A DNA stretch of 64,000 nucleotides, taken from positions 16,928,001 to 16,992,000 of the forward strand of contig NC_086109.1 of assembly GCF_963921235.1 (NCBI RefSeq), read 5' to 3'. Shown here in pieces: positions 1 through 13,059 of the stretch. Source of the stretch: Mobula hypostoma (Eukaryota). Position 1 is the stretch's first letter, and each line of letters starts with the position of its first letter. The notes beneath the pieces were generated by a model. It was not told the origin of the DNA. It ran no database searches and worked only from the letters and a program-made list of their open reading frames with translations. Made by a program: the position numbers and the translations under genes.

Positions 1-557
1 GATTCAGGTCATCATATTATCACAATTCCAAGACTTTCTACTGTATTAAGAAAAAATAACAGAAATCTAATCAATTTTTACTTTCTGGGAAGCTGACAGA
101 TCTATTAGCATTTTCACCCTATTTGGGAATGCCTTCTAAATTGATCCAGGGTCTGCTTGAGATCAAGTGACTTGTAACTGATCTTGGTTTTGTCTATATC
201 ATAAATTTAGCCATAGATTCCACAGTCATGCACAGATCGACTTTTGTGTTAAATAAAATGCTCCTTGTGCTTCAGGAATATAACAACAGAAGTCGATCTT
301 TCAAGCTTGAAAATGATCAATTCGATGGTCCTGTTCCCCACATTAGGAATGGAGAAAGATATGCTGGCCTTGCTTGCGAATCAAACATCCTAAAAATATC
401 AAGGCATAAAAATAGTTCCAAATCCATTTGGCTGCTTTCAGTTTTGCCTATTGCTTTTGTTTCATATGAGAGGCATAGAAAAGATAAATAAACAGTTTCT
501 GTTTCCCATAGCTGGGTTGCCTATTGTAGTAACTTCTACTTTGGAAAAGGGACACTG

Positions 558-763
558 ACAACTTCATTCCCAAAGAAACAACTTTATCTCAAATGTCAAA
601 ACCGTTATGTATATACAGAGGCTTTTACAACCCGTACGGCATGGCGGGTACACCAAATACAACTTCATGCCCAAAGAAACAACTTTATCTCGAATGTCAA
701 AACCGTTATGTATATACAGAGGCTTTTACAACCCGTACGGCATGGCAGGAACACCATATACAA
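558..763. repeat. 101-bp tandem duplication (2 copies)
   Basis: 558-658 and 659-759 differ at 5 positions by manual alignment. Confidence 0.92.
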
Positions 764-1413
764 AGCACGCTGGAAGTAGAAAGAAGGGAAGTAAAACCCC
801 CCATTATCCTAATTAGTATTAACTTACTTTTAATAATGCTCACATTACAACACCAATAACCAGAGGTCATAGAGTTAAGGTGAATGGGAGGAGGTTTAAA
901 GATGTATGAAAGGAGTTGGATTAAAGGACTAAAGTCTTTACAGCTTGATCAGGTGGAATGAGCTGCTAGAGTTGGTGGTAGGGGCAGGAAGATCTGAACA
1001 GGGACCTGATTGCAGCCAAGTCAAACTTATGGTCACAGCGAGGTGCAGGAGCAATGAAAAACTTGCAGCAGTATCTCAGGCACAAAGGTACAGACAACAC
1101 ATAGAACAGAAGCTACATAAGATGCTGAAGTAAAAGCCTAGACAAAACAAGATATTTGTGTAAAAAAACATAAACAGTGACAAGTCCATGGTCCATGTTA
1201 CCTCGAAATGATCATTGTTACCTGCACTACACTTTTTCAGTAACTTTTATATTATTATTAAATAAATAACTTTATTAACTTTTATTTTATTCTGCATTGT
1301 TATTGGTTTACCTTCTTCCGGCTTAACGCATTGTTTAATGTGTAAACAGTACGCAAGACAAGCTTTTCACAATATCTTGGTACATCTGACAATATTAAAC
1401 CAATATCAATAGT

Positions 1414-1600
1414 GCGCTGGCCTGTGGTATAGTGTCATCAACACCAGACTTCGAGGCGAGTGGTCCCAGGTTCGAATCCGGCCGGTACCCTGCACACTTT
1501 CCATCCGTGCTGGGTTGAGCGTCAAGCTAGTAACACAGCCTCGTGCTAAAGAAAAGGCAAAGTTGCCACCACAGGGCGCGGAGAGGAACAATAGCAACAA
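1414..1600 (+). mobile_element. tRNA-derived SINE
   Basis: A box TGGTATAGTG (1425-1434) and B box GGTTCGAATCC (1469-1479), followed by a non-tRNA body and an AAC-rich tail. Confidence 0.7.
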
Positions 1601-2291
1601 AACCAATAACGTTCCATTGCTGATGTAGGACTAGGGTTGTGCAGGTCAGTTCAAGAACCTGATGGTTGTAGAAGGGTAATTAATCCAGAACTTGGTGGCA
1701 CTGAAAATCTGGAGACCATGGGATTAACACAGGCAAGTGGGATTATTATATATAGCCACGATGGCCGGCATAGATGCAGTGGGCCAAAGGGCCTGTTTCT
1801 ATACTGTACAATTCTCTGATTCTCTGACTCAATTCTTAGTTCTTTCTTTCTCAACTCTAGATTTTTTTCTCCCATTATTTATTTTCTATACCTTAAGGTC
1901 TACAGCTGAGGCAGGCTTTGAAAATTCTTTGCATCAGCCTGTTTCCCCCCTTTGCTACTTTTCCCGAAGTCTTCTGCTTTACCAACTCCTCCGGTTCCAG
2001 CACCTACAGCACGTAGCTTTGTGTTGGAGAGTTAAATGGTACGCCACATCAGTCACAATTAACTTCAAGTCTTGCCTTCATTCCAGCCACACACCCCACA
2101 GCCATGAGCTGTGAGCTCTTTCACTCCCTTAGCCTTTCTGCTTCTACTTCTACCTTTGAAATGCCCTTTAGAACCTGTCTTTTTGACCAAGATTTTGACT
2201 GTCTATTACGTCCTGATGCAGCTGAGCTACAGATGCTTTTGGTCAAGGCCTTGGAGTTCTATAAACGTGCACTGGTGTTTTTATTTCCCAG

Positions 2292-2450
2292 GTCCACCAG
2301 GTCCTCCTGGTGGTGTTGTGGTGAAGGAAATCAATGATACAGCTGTGTTGCTAAGCTGGAGCAGAGGCTACGACAACCACAGCCCAATCGGCAGGTACAT
2401 AATACAAGCCAGGACACCGCTATCTGAGGAGTGGAAGAGTGTCAGGACAG
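2292..2450 (+). CDS. CNTN2: Contactin-2 internal exon (FnIII-1, first half); gene continues 5' beyond the window
   Basis: Acceptor ttatttcccag, donor G|gtatag, 159 nt, phase 1-1. Encodes [53 protein letters not shown], which matches the recalled CNTN2 sequence [36 protein letters not shown]. Confidence 0.95.
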
Positions 2451-4006
2451 GTATAGTCAACACCACGCTCTCTCTGTTCTCTTTATAGGTTTGGGACTGG
2501 TATAGTACATACATATTCACTTCAGCCCATCACCCCTACTGGGGCAGAGGCCACCAATAGCAGCTCGCCAGAGTCCTCTGCCCTGGGGCAGTCTCTCAAG
2601 TTGTTGCCAAGTGTAATCCATCTTCAAAGATTCTTCCTCTCCGAGGGATGAGATCTCTAGAGCTTCTGTTAACATTTTTGTAGCTCTGGGATGGGGTTGC
2701 TAGCTCCATAGCCAACCGTAACCTCCTTTCTTGGCTGGGCTTGGGACCATCTATGGCAGAGTTGCCTGGATTTGATTCAGGCTTCCAGGATTTGTTAGAG
2801 TAAGCTGGGGTCCACTGACCCCTCGGTTAATGGTAGAAGTCCATGCCATAAAAAAGATTGGGAACCCCTGGAGTAGACCAATACTTTCTACATTAGTGTG
2901 TGTAGAATTGTTACGTCATAAAATCCACCTATTGTATAGGTGAAGACAAGGCAATTATGGAGCAACACGATCTCCCCACCTAATTGTGGATCAACATGTG
3001 CATTTAATTATTAATATAGGAACTAAACTGTCAGTGTTTCTGATAGGGACGCATGGAATCTAAGACACAAAATGTAATCTTAAGCTTGGAGCCAAACCTT
3101 ATCGGGAAAAAACTATCAGAATATTTCATAAGGTTCATCATTAACCAATTTAAAACTGATGGTTCATGCCCAGTAGAACTGAGGAAGGTGTTTGAAATAA
3201 AGGGGAAGAACGCTGGTTGGTGGCCAAGGGGCTGATTGGCCTCCAATATAAAGAACAGGAGCAGGAGGAAGGACATGTAGTTCCCCCTCTATCCTACTGG
3301 GCAATCCAGTAGATTCATGGCTGATCTAGTTGTTGGACATAGCTCCTCTTTCCCACCTGTTCCCCAGAATTCTTGATTCCCCAGTGCACAAAATCTATGT
3401 CTGCCCTGAATACAATTAATGACTCTGTATTGCCAGCTCCAGAAGTGTCACTCATATTATCAGAAATAGGTGACCCATTATCATGAGGCTTTGGCCCCCT
3501 GGTTTTCCTGTATCCCAACCTGAGCCAAGAGAAAAACGCTCCAAACACTAAACCCTGATGTCAATTGTCTCTTTGCAGGTATCTGCCAAACCAGGGCAAA
3601 CCAGAAGAAACATGTAACATGCTGGGGGAACCCAACATGCCAGACAGCATCCTTGGAGAGATATGGACAGTTAATACTTCGGGTCGAGACACTCCACCTG
3701 GTCTCAACCCAGAACCTCACTTGCCCATTTCCCTCCATAGGTGCTTCCTAACTCTTTAAATTCCTCAGCATCTTGTGTGTGCCTGCCAATTCCAGCATCT
3801 GCAGTCTGTTGTATCTCAAAAGATTTCATTCTGCATTGTATGATGAATGGGCTGAGATGTCCACTGCCCACTGAATATCCAGAGTTCATGCAGCCTGAAA
3901 ATTGGTGATTTTACTCTTCCCTTTTACTTGTAACTTTCATTTTCCCCCCTGGTGAATTTCTGACATTTATGAAAAAGGATCTAGTGCTCTCCCGGCATGT
4001 ATGACA

Positions 4007-4410
4007 CATAGACTCTTCTCAGGTTTCCAGTCAGCTACAGGTGTCAACATGAACCGACGTTTCAATGGCAAACTCTATCATCTTCATCAGGGATGATACC
4101 TAGGCACGTCTAGTCCAGTGGTATACTGTATATACTCAACTCCTGTCATCCATCCCCCCTGATTGGTTAGTCCTCAACCAATCGGATTTCCGCTGACCTA
4201 CCTGGGACTATGATTTTAAACAAGGTGGGACAGTGGAAATCTGATTGGTTGAGGACTAACCAATCAGGAGGGCCGGACAACGGGAGTTGTGTATATACAC
4301 CACGAGACTAGACGTGCCTAGGCATCATCCCTGTTGAGATGCAGAGTTTGTCATCAAAACATTGGTTAAAATTGACACCATTACACTGCTGGAAGCCCAA
4401 GAAGTCTATG
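4007..4410. mobile_element. Fold-back element: two inverted Penelope-type pseudo-LTR-like arms
   Basis: Arms at about 4007-4204 and 4223-4410 are reverse complements with a short spacer. Each arm has CCAAT boxes, a TATATA and a hammerhead-like CTGATGA...GAAAC motif. Confidence 0.75.
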
Positions 4411-6015
4411 CGTTCTGACACATACTTTCATCTGATTTGCATCAGCTTTTCAATGCTTCCTTGCTCAAGAGAGAAATTCTACCCATGTAGGTGCTAGAGG
4501 GTTCAACTTGTTGTCCACACTGGTTTCTGTTTAACTATACACCCCTTGCATTTTACAGAGTGGTACAGGCTTGCTGATCCCAGAAAGTTACAGCCAGGGT
4601 GCCGAAATCAATCATTTTCAATTCACTAGGGCCCAAATTCCATTTTAATCACACAAAAGGCCAAACTGTAATTTGCCAGGAGCTGTTAGCTTGCAGAGGT
4701 ATGAACCTTTTCCTTTCATCCAGAGTAATTGACCGTGGGTGGCTATGGTAAGGAGAATGCTGTTCTTTCTTATTTCTTTAATGTTCTCATTTCTCCTACA
4801 ATTGTACTTTCACATCTCTAGGTGCTTTGAGATTTACAGACCCTCAGACCAGCATTTGGTCCAGTCAGCCAAGACTTGGCTTCAACACTGTCTGCTCGGG
4901 GCGTCAATTTCACTGAATTCTTGGTGGAATTACAGAGGTTGCATTTAACGAGATTCCTTCAAGAATTGAAGACTTAAGTCTCCATGAAACTGCAGTGAGC
5001 AAAAGTCCTGGGTTCAGAAGGGGGCATTGGAAATCATGTCTGCGCAGTCGTTTTTGTTTCGGTGATATTGAATTCAGAGCAGAAGAAGAGGAAAGTCTAC
5101 TTAAATGCTTGTGGGCTTTTAAATCCCAAGGACTAGGTCCAGCAGGAATTGGTAATCCTCCACCCTCCCCATCCACCAATCATGAAGGAGGTCTCTGTGG
5201 GGTTAAAATGTCTGCTATATATTTCTCCAGCCCCGGCATTAGGTCCTCCAGCATGCAGAGCCAAGTTAAGCTAAATCTCTTCTGCCTGTACGTAATCTCA
5301 AGCTGTGACTGAGAGCAGCACGAATTGTGGGTGGGTTGGAGAGGTTGTCAGTACTTGTCCTCTGTGGAATCCACTCACACTTCAAAAGACAGGGATCTTA
5401 TAAATCGATACTGCCCTGCTTTAATTGTGATAATTGCTGACTTTTATCTTTTACATTATAATCTCTTCAAGGTGTTATAGGGTCGCCATCCCATAATTAG
5501 TACATAGGACTGGTCTGCATGAGTCTCACTTCCATCACGTTCAACCAGGAGGAGTCAATTATCTAATGTGGATAGAATAGATAGCGTAACGTCTCAAGCA
5601 CCAGCAGTCGGGGTGCAATTCCCACGGCAAGGGATCACCCCCGTGACAGCTTGAGTTCAAAGGTCCAAAGGTCCATTTATTATCAAAGTGTACAACTCTG
5701 ATATTCTTCTTCTCTGGATAGCCACGAAATCAAGGAAGGAAAAGAAGGGCATCTGGCTGCTCCTGTTTCCTCCCACATTCCGTACGCGCACAGGGAGTAA
5801 ACTGTGCCCATGCTACACTGGCACCGGAAGTGTGGCAACACTTGCAGGCTCACCCCACACCCCCCACCCGCACCCCCAGCGCATCCTCAGACTGTATTGA
5901 TCATCGATGGAAATGACAATTTTCATGACATGTTTTGATGTGCTTGTGACAAATAAAGCTAATCTTTAATCTTTCATTAAAAGATCTTTAATTCTTCGGG
6001 GTTGCATCTGTTTAG

Positions 6016-6165
6016 CTCCACAGCACATAGAAGGCAACCTGGAGTCAGCCTGGGTGATCAACCTCATCCCATGGATGGATTATGAATTCCGAGTCATAGC
6101 CAGCAACATCTTGGGGACCGGTGAACCCAGCCTGCCCTCACAGACTATACGCACCAAAGAAGCAG
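6016..6165 (+). CDS. CNTN2: Contactin-2 exon (FnIII-1, second half)
   Basis: Acceptor ctgtttag, donor CAG|gtaaga, 150 nt, phase 1-1. Encodes [50 protein letters not shown]. Confidence 0.96.
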
Positions 6166-6304
6166 GTAAGAGTTGTGTACTCAGCACTTCCCCTTCCTTG
6201 AATTATCATATTCTGTTTATGATATGTTATGATATATTGTATTCTTCTCTCTTTTACTATGTTAATGTACTTAGGTATGACAGGATCTGCTTGGATGGCA
6301 TGTA

Positions 6305-6755
6305 AACATAGAACATAGAAATTTACAGCACGTTACAGGCCCTTCAGCCCACAATGTTGTGCTGCCCATATAACCTACTCTAGAAACAGCCTAGAATTTC
6401 CCTAGCACATAGCCCTCTATTTTTCTAAGCTCCATGTACCTATCTAAGAGACTCTTCAAAAACCCTATTGTATCCACTTCCACCGCTGCTGCCAGCAATG
6501 CATTCCACGCACCCACCACTCTCAGTGTGAAAAATTTACCCCTGACATTCCTTTGGTACGTATTTCCAAGCACCTTAAAATGGTGTCCCCCCCCCGTGTT
6601 AGCTATTTTAGCCCTGGGAAACAGCCTTTGTCTATCCACACAATGCCCCTTGTCAATGCCCCTCATCATCTTATACACCTCTATCAGGTCACCTCTCATC
6701 CTCTGTTGCTGCAAGGAGAAAAGACCAAGCTCGCTCAGTCTATTCTCATAAGGTA
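6305..6755 (-). mobile_element. CR1 LINE 3' fragment
   Basis: ORF2 C-terminal peptide YENRLSELGLFSLQQQRMRGDLIEVYKMMRG...FFTLRVVGAWNAL, with a (TTCTATG)n tail. Confidence 0.9.
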
Positions 6756-7884
6756 AACAAAAACCTTTCACTCTGTCTTGGTGCTCATGACAATACTAAG
6801 CCAATGTTCATAATAATAAACAATAATGCCCGATTTAAAACACATTTGAAGTAGCAAAAATGCCCCAGGGTGACTGACCGCAATAAAGTGAAAGAATAGA
6901 TCAGAAATATCTTAAAAGTTGTGAGAGAGATGGATAAGCACAGAGAGGGAATTCTGGAGCATTTCCGCCATTGATGGTGGGATTAAAGTCCTGGACAATC
7001 CTGAAACAAGGACTGAAAAAATAAAGCAACCTTGGAGGAATTTACAGCACAAGGACATTGCATGTTGTCCAAGGGAAGGGCATTAGGACCCATACAGCTT
7101 GGCACCGGTGTCGTCACAGAGCAATGTGTGGTTAAGTGCCTTGCTCAAGGATACATACGCTGCCTCAGCCAAGGCTCGAACTAGCGACCTTCAGATCACT
7201 AGACGAACACCTTAACCACTTGGCCAGGGGAGAGGGGAGACTTGCAGCATGGGCAACTTCTGGTCTTCCATACAACCTTGCCCAGGCCTGCGCCCTGAAA
7301 ACCTTCCAAGGCGCAAATCCATGGTCTCATGAGACGAACGGATGCCTATATATACATTGACTTGGCTTGACTTGTCCCAATTTCCTGCATGTAGCCCAAT
7401 TCCCTCTTCAGCCCACCGCTGCTTGTACCTATCCAAGTGCTCCTTAAATGGTCCTTCTGTACCTGTTTCAACCACCTCTTCTGGCAGCTCCTTCCGTAAA
7501 CTCACCACACTCTGTATGAAAAAGCTGCTCCTCAACCCCCTTTTAAATCTTTCCCCTCTCATCCTAAATCTATGCCCACTAGTTTTGGACTCCCCTACCC
7601 TGGGGAAAAGATTGCTGCCATCCACATAATCTATGGCCCTCATGGTTTTGTAAACCTCTACAGGGTCACCTCTCATTTTTCTATGCTCCAAAACTGAGCT
7701 TGGCAACCTCTTCGTATAATTCCAGTCCCCTCGCCCTGGCAACGTCCTCATAAATCGTTTCAGCACCCTTTCCAGATCAACCACATCTTTCCCACAAAAG
7801 GGTGACTAAAACTGTACACAGTTCTCTGAGTGCAGACTCAACAATGATTGATACAACCACAACATAATGACCTGACAGCTTTCA

Positions 7885-8048
7885 CGTACAAGAGAAAGTC
7901 GGCAGATGCTGGAAATCCAAGCAGCTCACACAGAATGCTGGAGGGACTCAGCAGGCCAGCCAAAGGGTCTCAGTCCAAAACGTCGACTGTACTTTTTTCC
8001 ACAGATGCTGCCTGGCCTGCAGAGTTCCTCCAGCATTTTGTTTTGTTG
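7885..8048. mobile_element. Penelope-derived short hairpin insertion
   Basis: Inverted arms (cagaatgctggagggactcagcaggccag / ctggcctgcagagttcctccagcattttg) surround a truncated hammerhead-like motif (agggtctcagtccaaaacgtcgactg). Confidence 0.75.
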
Positions 8049-8237
8049 ACCTGACTCCCTTACTCAGTGCCCTGACTAACAAACGGCAGCATGCTAAATG
8101 CCTTTTCTAGCACCCTGTCTGCCTTCAATCAACTGTGCTTTTGTACTCCTAGGTCCCTCTGTTGCATTTCACTCCATAGTGCCTTACATAAGTTCGACAT
8201 TGGTTTGACTTTTCAAGATGCATCATTTCACACTTAT

Positions 8238-10945
8238 AAGACCATAAGACCATAAGATATAGGAGCAGAATTTGGCTATTTGGCCCATCGAGTCTGCTCC
8301 ACCATTTCATCATGCCTGATCCAATTTTCCTCTCCACGCCAATCTCCTGCCTCATCCCCATATCCCTTCATGCCCTGACCAATCAAGAATCTATCAACCT
8401 CTGCCTTAAATATACACAAAGACTTGACCTCCTCAGCTGCTTTAGGCAATGAATTCCAATGATTCACCACTCTCTAGATAAAGAAATTCCTCCTCATCTT
8501 CTTGCTAAAAGGACACCCCTCCATTCTGAGGCTGTGTCCTCTGGTCTTAGGCTCTCTCACCATAGGAAACATTCTCTCCACATCCACTCTATCAAGGCCT
8601 TTCACCATTCAATAGGTTTCAATGAGGTCACCCCTCATTCTTCTGAATTCCAATGACTACAGACCCAGAGTCATCCAAAGCTCTTCATATGACAAGGCAT
8701 TCGATCCTGGAATCATTTTTATAAACCACCTGTGAACGCTCTCCAGTTTCAGCACATCCTTTATAAGAGAAAAGACTCAAAACTCCTCACAATACTCCAA
8801 GTGAGGCCTCACCAGTGCTTCATAAAAGTCTCAGCATTACATCCTTGCTTTCACATTCCAGCCCTCTTGAAATGAATGCTAACGTTGAATTTGTCTTCCT
8901 TATCACAGACTCAACCTACAAACTAACCTTAGAAGAATCCTGAACAAAGACTCCCAAGTCCCTTTGCACCTCAGTTTTTTGTATTTTCTCTCCATTTAGA
9001 AAATAGTCAACCCTTTTATTTCTTTCACCAAAGTGCATATTCATACACTTTCTGACACCGTATTCCATCTGCCATTTCTTTGCCCATTTCCTAATCTAAG
9101 TCCTTCTTCAAAACTACCTGCCTCTCCATCTATCTTCATATCATCTGCAAACTTTGCAACAAAGCCATCAATTCCATCATCTAATCACTAACATATAACT
9201 TATAAAGAATCGGTCACAACACAGACCCTTGTGCAACACCACTAGTCACTGCAGCCTGTCAGAAAAAGGCTCACTCTTTTCCCACTTTTTGCATCCTGCC
9301 AATCAATCACTGCTTTATCCATGCTAGAATCTTTCCCATAATTCCATGGGCTTGTAGCTTGTTAAACAGCTCTCATTAATGGCACCTTCTCAAAGGCCTT
9401 CTGAAAATCCAAATACACAACATCAAGCAATTCTCCTTTGTCTATCCTGCTTGTTCTTTCTTCAAAGAATTCCAACAGATTTGTCAGGCAAGATTTTCCC
9501 TTGAGGAAACCATGCTGAATACACCATATTTTATCATGGGCCTCCAAATACCCCTGAGGCCTCATCTTTAATAATCAACTCCAACATCACTGAGGTCACA
9601 TTAACTGGCCCGTAGTTTCCTTTCTTCTGCCTCTGTCTCTTCTTGAAGAGTAGAGTGACAGTTGCAATTTTCTAGTCTGCCAGAACCATTCTAAAATCTA
9701 ATGATTCTTGAAAGATCATTACTAATGCCTCTGCGTTCTCTTCAGCCACCTCTTTAAGAACTCTGGGGTGTACACCATCTAGTTCAAGTAACTTACCTAC
9801 CTTCAGATCTTTCAGTTTTCCTTCTCTCTAGTAATGGTAACGTCACACACTTCATGACCCTTAACACCTGAAACTTCTACCATCTTGCTTGTGTCTTCCA
9901 GTATGAAGACTGATGCAAAATACTTTTTCAGTTCATCTGCCATTTCTTTGTCTCCAATTACTACCTTTCCAGCATTGTCTTCCAGCAGCCCAACATCCAA
10001 TCTTGCCTCTCTTTTACTCTTTATGTCTTTATGTATCTGAAGAAACTTTTGGTATCCTCTTTAATATTATTGGCTAGCTTCCTTTTGTATTCCATCTTTA
10101 CCTTCTTTACCTCCTTAATGACTTTTTTATTTGCTTTCCATTGATTTGTAAAATCTTCCTAATCCTCTAACTTCCCACTAATTTTTGCACTATTATATGC
10201 CCCCTCTTTGGCATTTATGCTGCTTTGACTTCTCTTGTTAGCCATGGTTGTGTCATCTTTCTTTTAGAATACTTGTTCCTCTTTGGGATGTATATATCCT
10301 GTGCCTTCCGTATTGCTTCCAGAAATTCCAGCCATTGCTGCTCTGCCATTATCCCTGCCAGTGTTCTTTTCCAATCAATTCTGGCAAACACTTCTCTCTT
10401 ATTCCTCCGTAATTCCCTTTACTCTATTGTATGATTGATACATCTGACTTTAGCTTCTCCTTCTCAAATTTCAGGGTGAATTCAATCGTATTATGATCAC
10501 TTTTCCCTAAGGGTTCTTTTACCTCAAGGTCTCTAATCAATTCTGGTTCATTGCACAACCCACAATCCAGAACAGCTGATCCCCTAGTGAGCTCAAACAC
10601 GAGCTGCTCAAAAAACTATCTCATAGACAGTCTAGAAATTCTCCCTCCTGAGATCCAGTAATAACCTGATTTTCCCAATCTATCTGCATATTTAAGTCCC
10701 CCATGACTATTGTAATATTGCCCTTTGGCATGCATTTTTTACCTCCCGTTGTAATTTGTAGGCCACATCCATACTACTGTTTGGGGGTCTGTATATAACT
10801 CCCATTAGGGTCTTTTTACCCTTGCAGTTCCTTAGCTCTACCCACAAATATTCAACAGCTTCTGACCCTATGTCACCTCTTTCTAATGATTTGATTTTGT
10901 GTTTTACCAACAGAGCAACGCTGCACCTCTGTCTTCGTGCCTGTG
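8238..10945 (-). mobile_element. CR1 LINE, about 2.7 kb, 5'-truncated and disrupted (APE and RT remnants)
   Basis: APE peptide LWVELRNCKGKKTLMGVIYRPPNSS, RT peptide QHGFLKGKSCLTNLLEFFEE...VVYLDFQKAF, and an (ATGGTCTT)n tail. Flanked by TTAT at 8234-8237 and 10946-10949. Confidence 0.92.
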
Positions 10946-12290
10946 TTATCTGTGTTAAAATCCATTTGCAGCTCCTCCAACAGCTTCCCTAGCTGATTAA
11001 ACTTTGCCCTTAATCTATGATATCTTCTTCACTATCAACACCACCACCGAATTTTGTGTCATCAGCAAACTTACTTGTTAACCTTGTGCATTCACATGCA
11101 AGTCATTTATATAACAAATATCAATGTTCCTGCAGCCAATAGTGTGATCAACAAAACACGGGTAGAGAATCTAATGATTTGAGGGGACCACTGATTCTAG
11201 CTGCAGAATCTATTGATTGGCATATCAGGCTGGAATTGTGCAATTGTTCGATCAATGAGCTGAGCTAGGGAAGTCCTGAAGGAAATTATAATATGCTTAT
11301 CCTGTCAAATTTAATTAAATCCCCGATAATAACATGAGGTTGGTCTATTTGTTATTTCCCCAAACCCCCCCCCCCTTTGTGACCCCTGGCCAAAAGCTAT
11401 TGAATGATCTCTGCAGTTAGGACACTTGTCTCTGGTTCAGAGCATGAGATATTTCAAACTAGACCCACACACACAACACCATCATCAGTCAACAAAAACT
11501 TGAGTTCATACAGATAAGATATTTTCAATCAATGAAGTAGAAAAACAGCAGCTAATTTTTGCAGTCTCCCAGAAACGGCTGTAAAATTTTATTTTATTGT
11601 TTGAGATACAGTACAGTAACAGGCTTTTCTGGCCCAATGAGCCCATATGCACAACTATGCCCATAAGACCAGCAGACCAGCAGACCAACCTGTAGGTCTT
11701 TGGAATGTGGGTGGAAACCAGGGCACCCAGAGGAAACCTACACAGTCACGGGGAGAACGAACAAACTCCTTACAGGCAGCGGTGGGAATTGAACCTAGGT
11801 CGCAGGTGCTGTAAACGTTACGCTGGCTGCTTTGCTACCATGACACCTACGAAACGTGCTTTGTGTTGATAAAGTGCCATCCAAAGGGAACACCTCGTTT
11901 AGTTTAAAGTTCTGCAATAATAGCTTAGCATTCATCTAAGAGACATTGTTTTTTTTCTCAAAGGATGATACCACCAATACAAGAACACAAGAAAATAGGG
12001 GCAGGAGTCGGCCATTTGGATGCACAAACCTATCTTGGTGTTCAATATGACCCTAGATGATATGCTCCTGACCTTAATATCTCTTCCAATTCCCCAAAAC
12101 TCTCACTTCCCCAATCTTTCATAAAGTTACTTATCTCCAATTTAAATATCTCTAACGACCTAGCTTCCTCAGCTGTCGGACAGAAAATTCCGAAGAGTTT
12201 CTGCCCTCCGCATGAAGAAATTTCTATGAATCAGAGTTTTAAATGGTTGGCTCCTAATCTCGAAACTATGTTTCCTTGTATATAGAATAG

Positions 12291-12586
12291 TCAAAGTCTG
12301 TCCCGAGCCTTGTGGCCCATCAGGCCGGTGCTTATGCTGGTTTCTGTGGCATGAAGCAACTGAGAGTATGAGACTGCCCCCCGGGTAGGATGCCAGTCTA
12401 TCGCGAGGTTAACCCCCCAGCATTTTTGCCGGTACCCATTTTCAGCTGGGTGGATTGGAGCAGTGTGTGACGTGGTTAAGTGCCTTGCTCAAAGACACAA
12501 CGCGCTGCCTTGGTCGAGACTCGAACCCACGACCTTCAGATCGTGAGCCCAACGCCCTAACCACTTAGCTATGCGCCACACACCTC
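12291..12586 (-). mobile_element. tRNA-derived SINE inserted in a CR1 fragment
   Basis: Minus strand reads tRNA head (B box GGTTCGAGTC), GTTGTGTCTTTGAGCAAGGCACTTAACC, then CCCAGCTGAAAATGGGTACC. Near-perfect 12-bp TSD TATATAG(A/G)ATAG at 12279-12290 and 12587-12598. A related head occurs at about 7060-7226. Confidence 0.8.
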
Positions 12587-13059
12587 TATATAGGATAGGG
12601 ACCCAAGCTATTCAGCCTTTATTGACTAGACAATCCTCTAATTCCAGGAATTAGCCTGGAGAATCTCCTTTAAGTTGGCTACAGTGCCACTGTATCTTTC
12701 TTCAGTGAGGGGACCAAAACTGTGCACAACACTCCAGGTGTGACCTCATCAAAACCCTAAACAACTGTAGGTATTCTTCCTCTATTTGTAAACTCCAAGT
12801 CCATTGCAGTAAAGATCAATATGGCATTTTCCCTCTTAACTACTTGCTTTACCCGCCTGCAATCCATTTTTGATTCATGCACAAGAACATTTAGGTTTTT
12901 GAGGTATTCCCTTTTTATTGGGCTGGAATTGGGAACAGAGATCATATGGTCTCATCTCGAGAGTGACAAAACCCAGCACTTTCCAATGCAAAGCCATGGC
13001 TGGTATCTGCAGTGTTGGAGATTATGCATTTTAGATAAGACAATAGAATCCCCATGGAC

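Larger units (their letters stand above)
7370..11130 (-). mobile_element. Older CR1 LINE split by two later insertions
   Basis: CR1 ORF2 C-terminus at 7370-7860 (LERVLKRFMRTLPG...RGDPVEVYKTM). It resumes at 8056-8237 and at 10946-11130 (AAGTTTGCTGATGACAC = KFADD on the minus strand). Confidence 0.75.

Noticed and set aside
558..763. CRISPR-like array or other prokaryotic system
   Set aside because: It is a simple two-copy duplication without spacers. The whole window is intron-rich eukaryotic DNA with no operon-like ORFs.
1414..1490. tRNA gene
   Set aside because: A and B boxes are present, but there is no convincing cloverleaf and the sequence continues into a SINE body and tail.
8238..10945. 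Active autonomous LINE
   Set aside because: It is 5'-truncated, internally deleted and broken into short ORFs.
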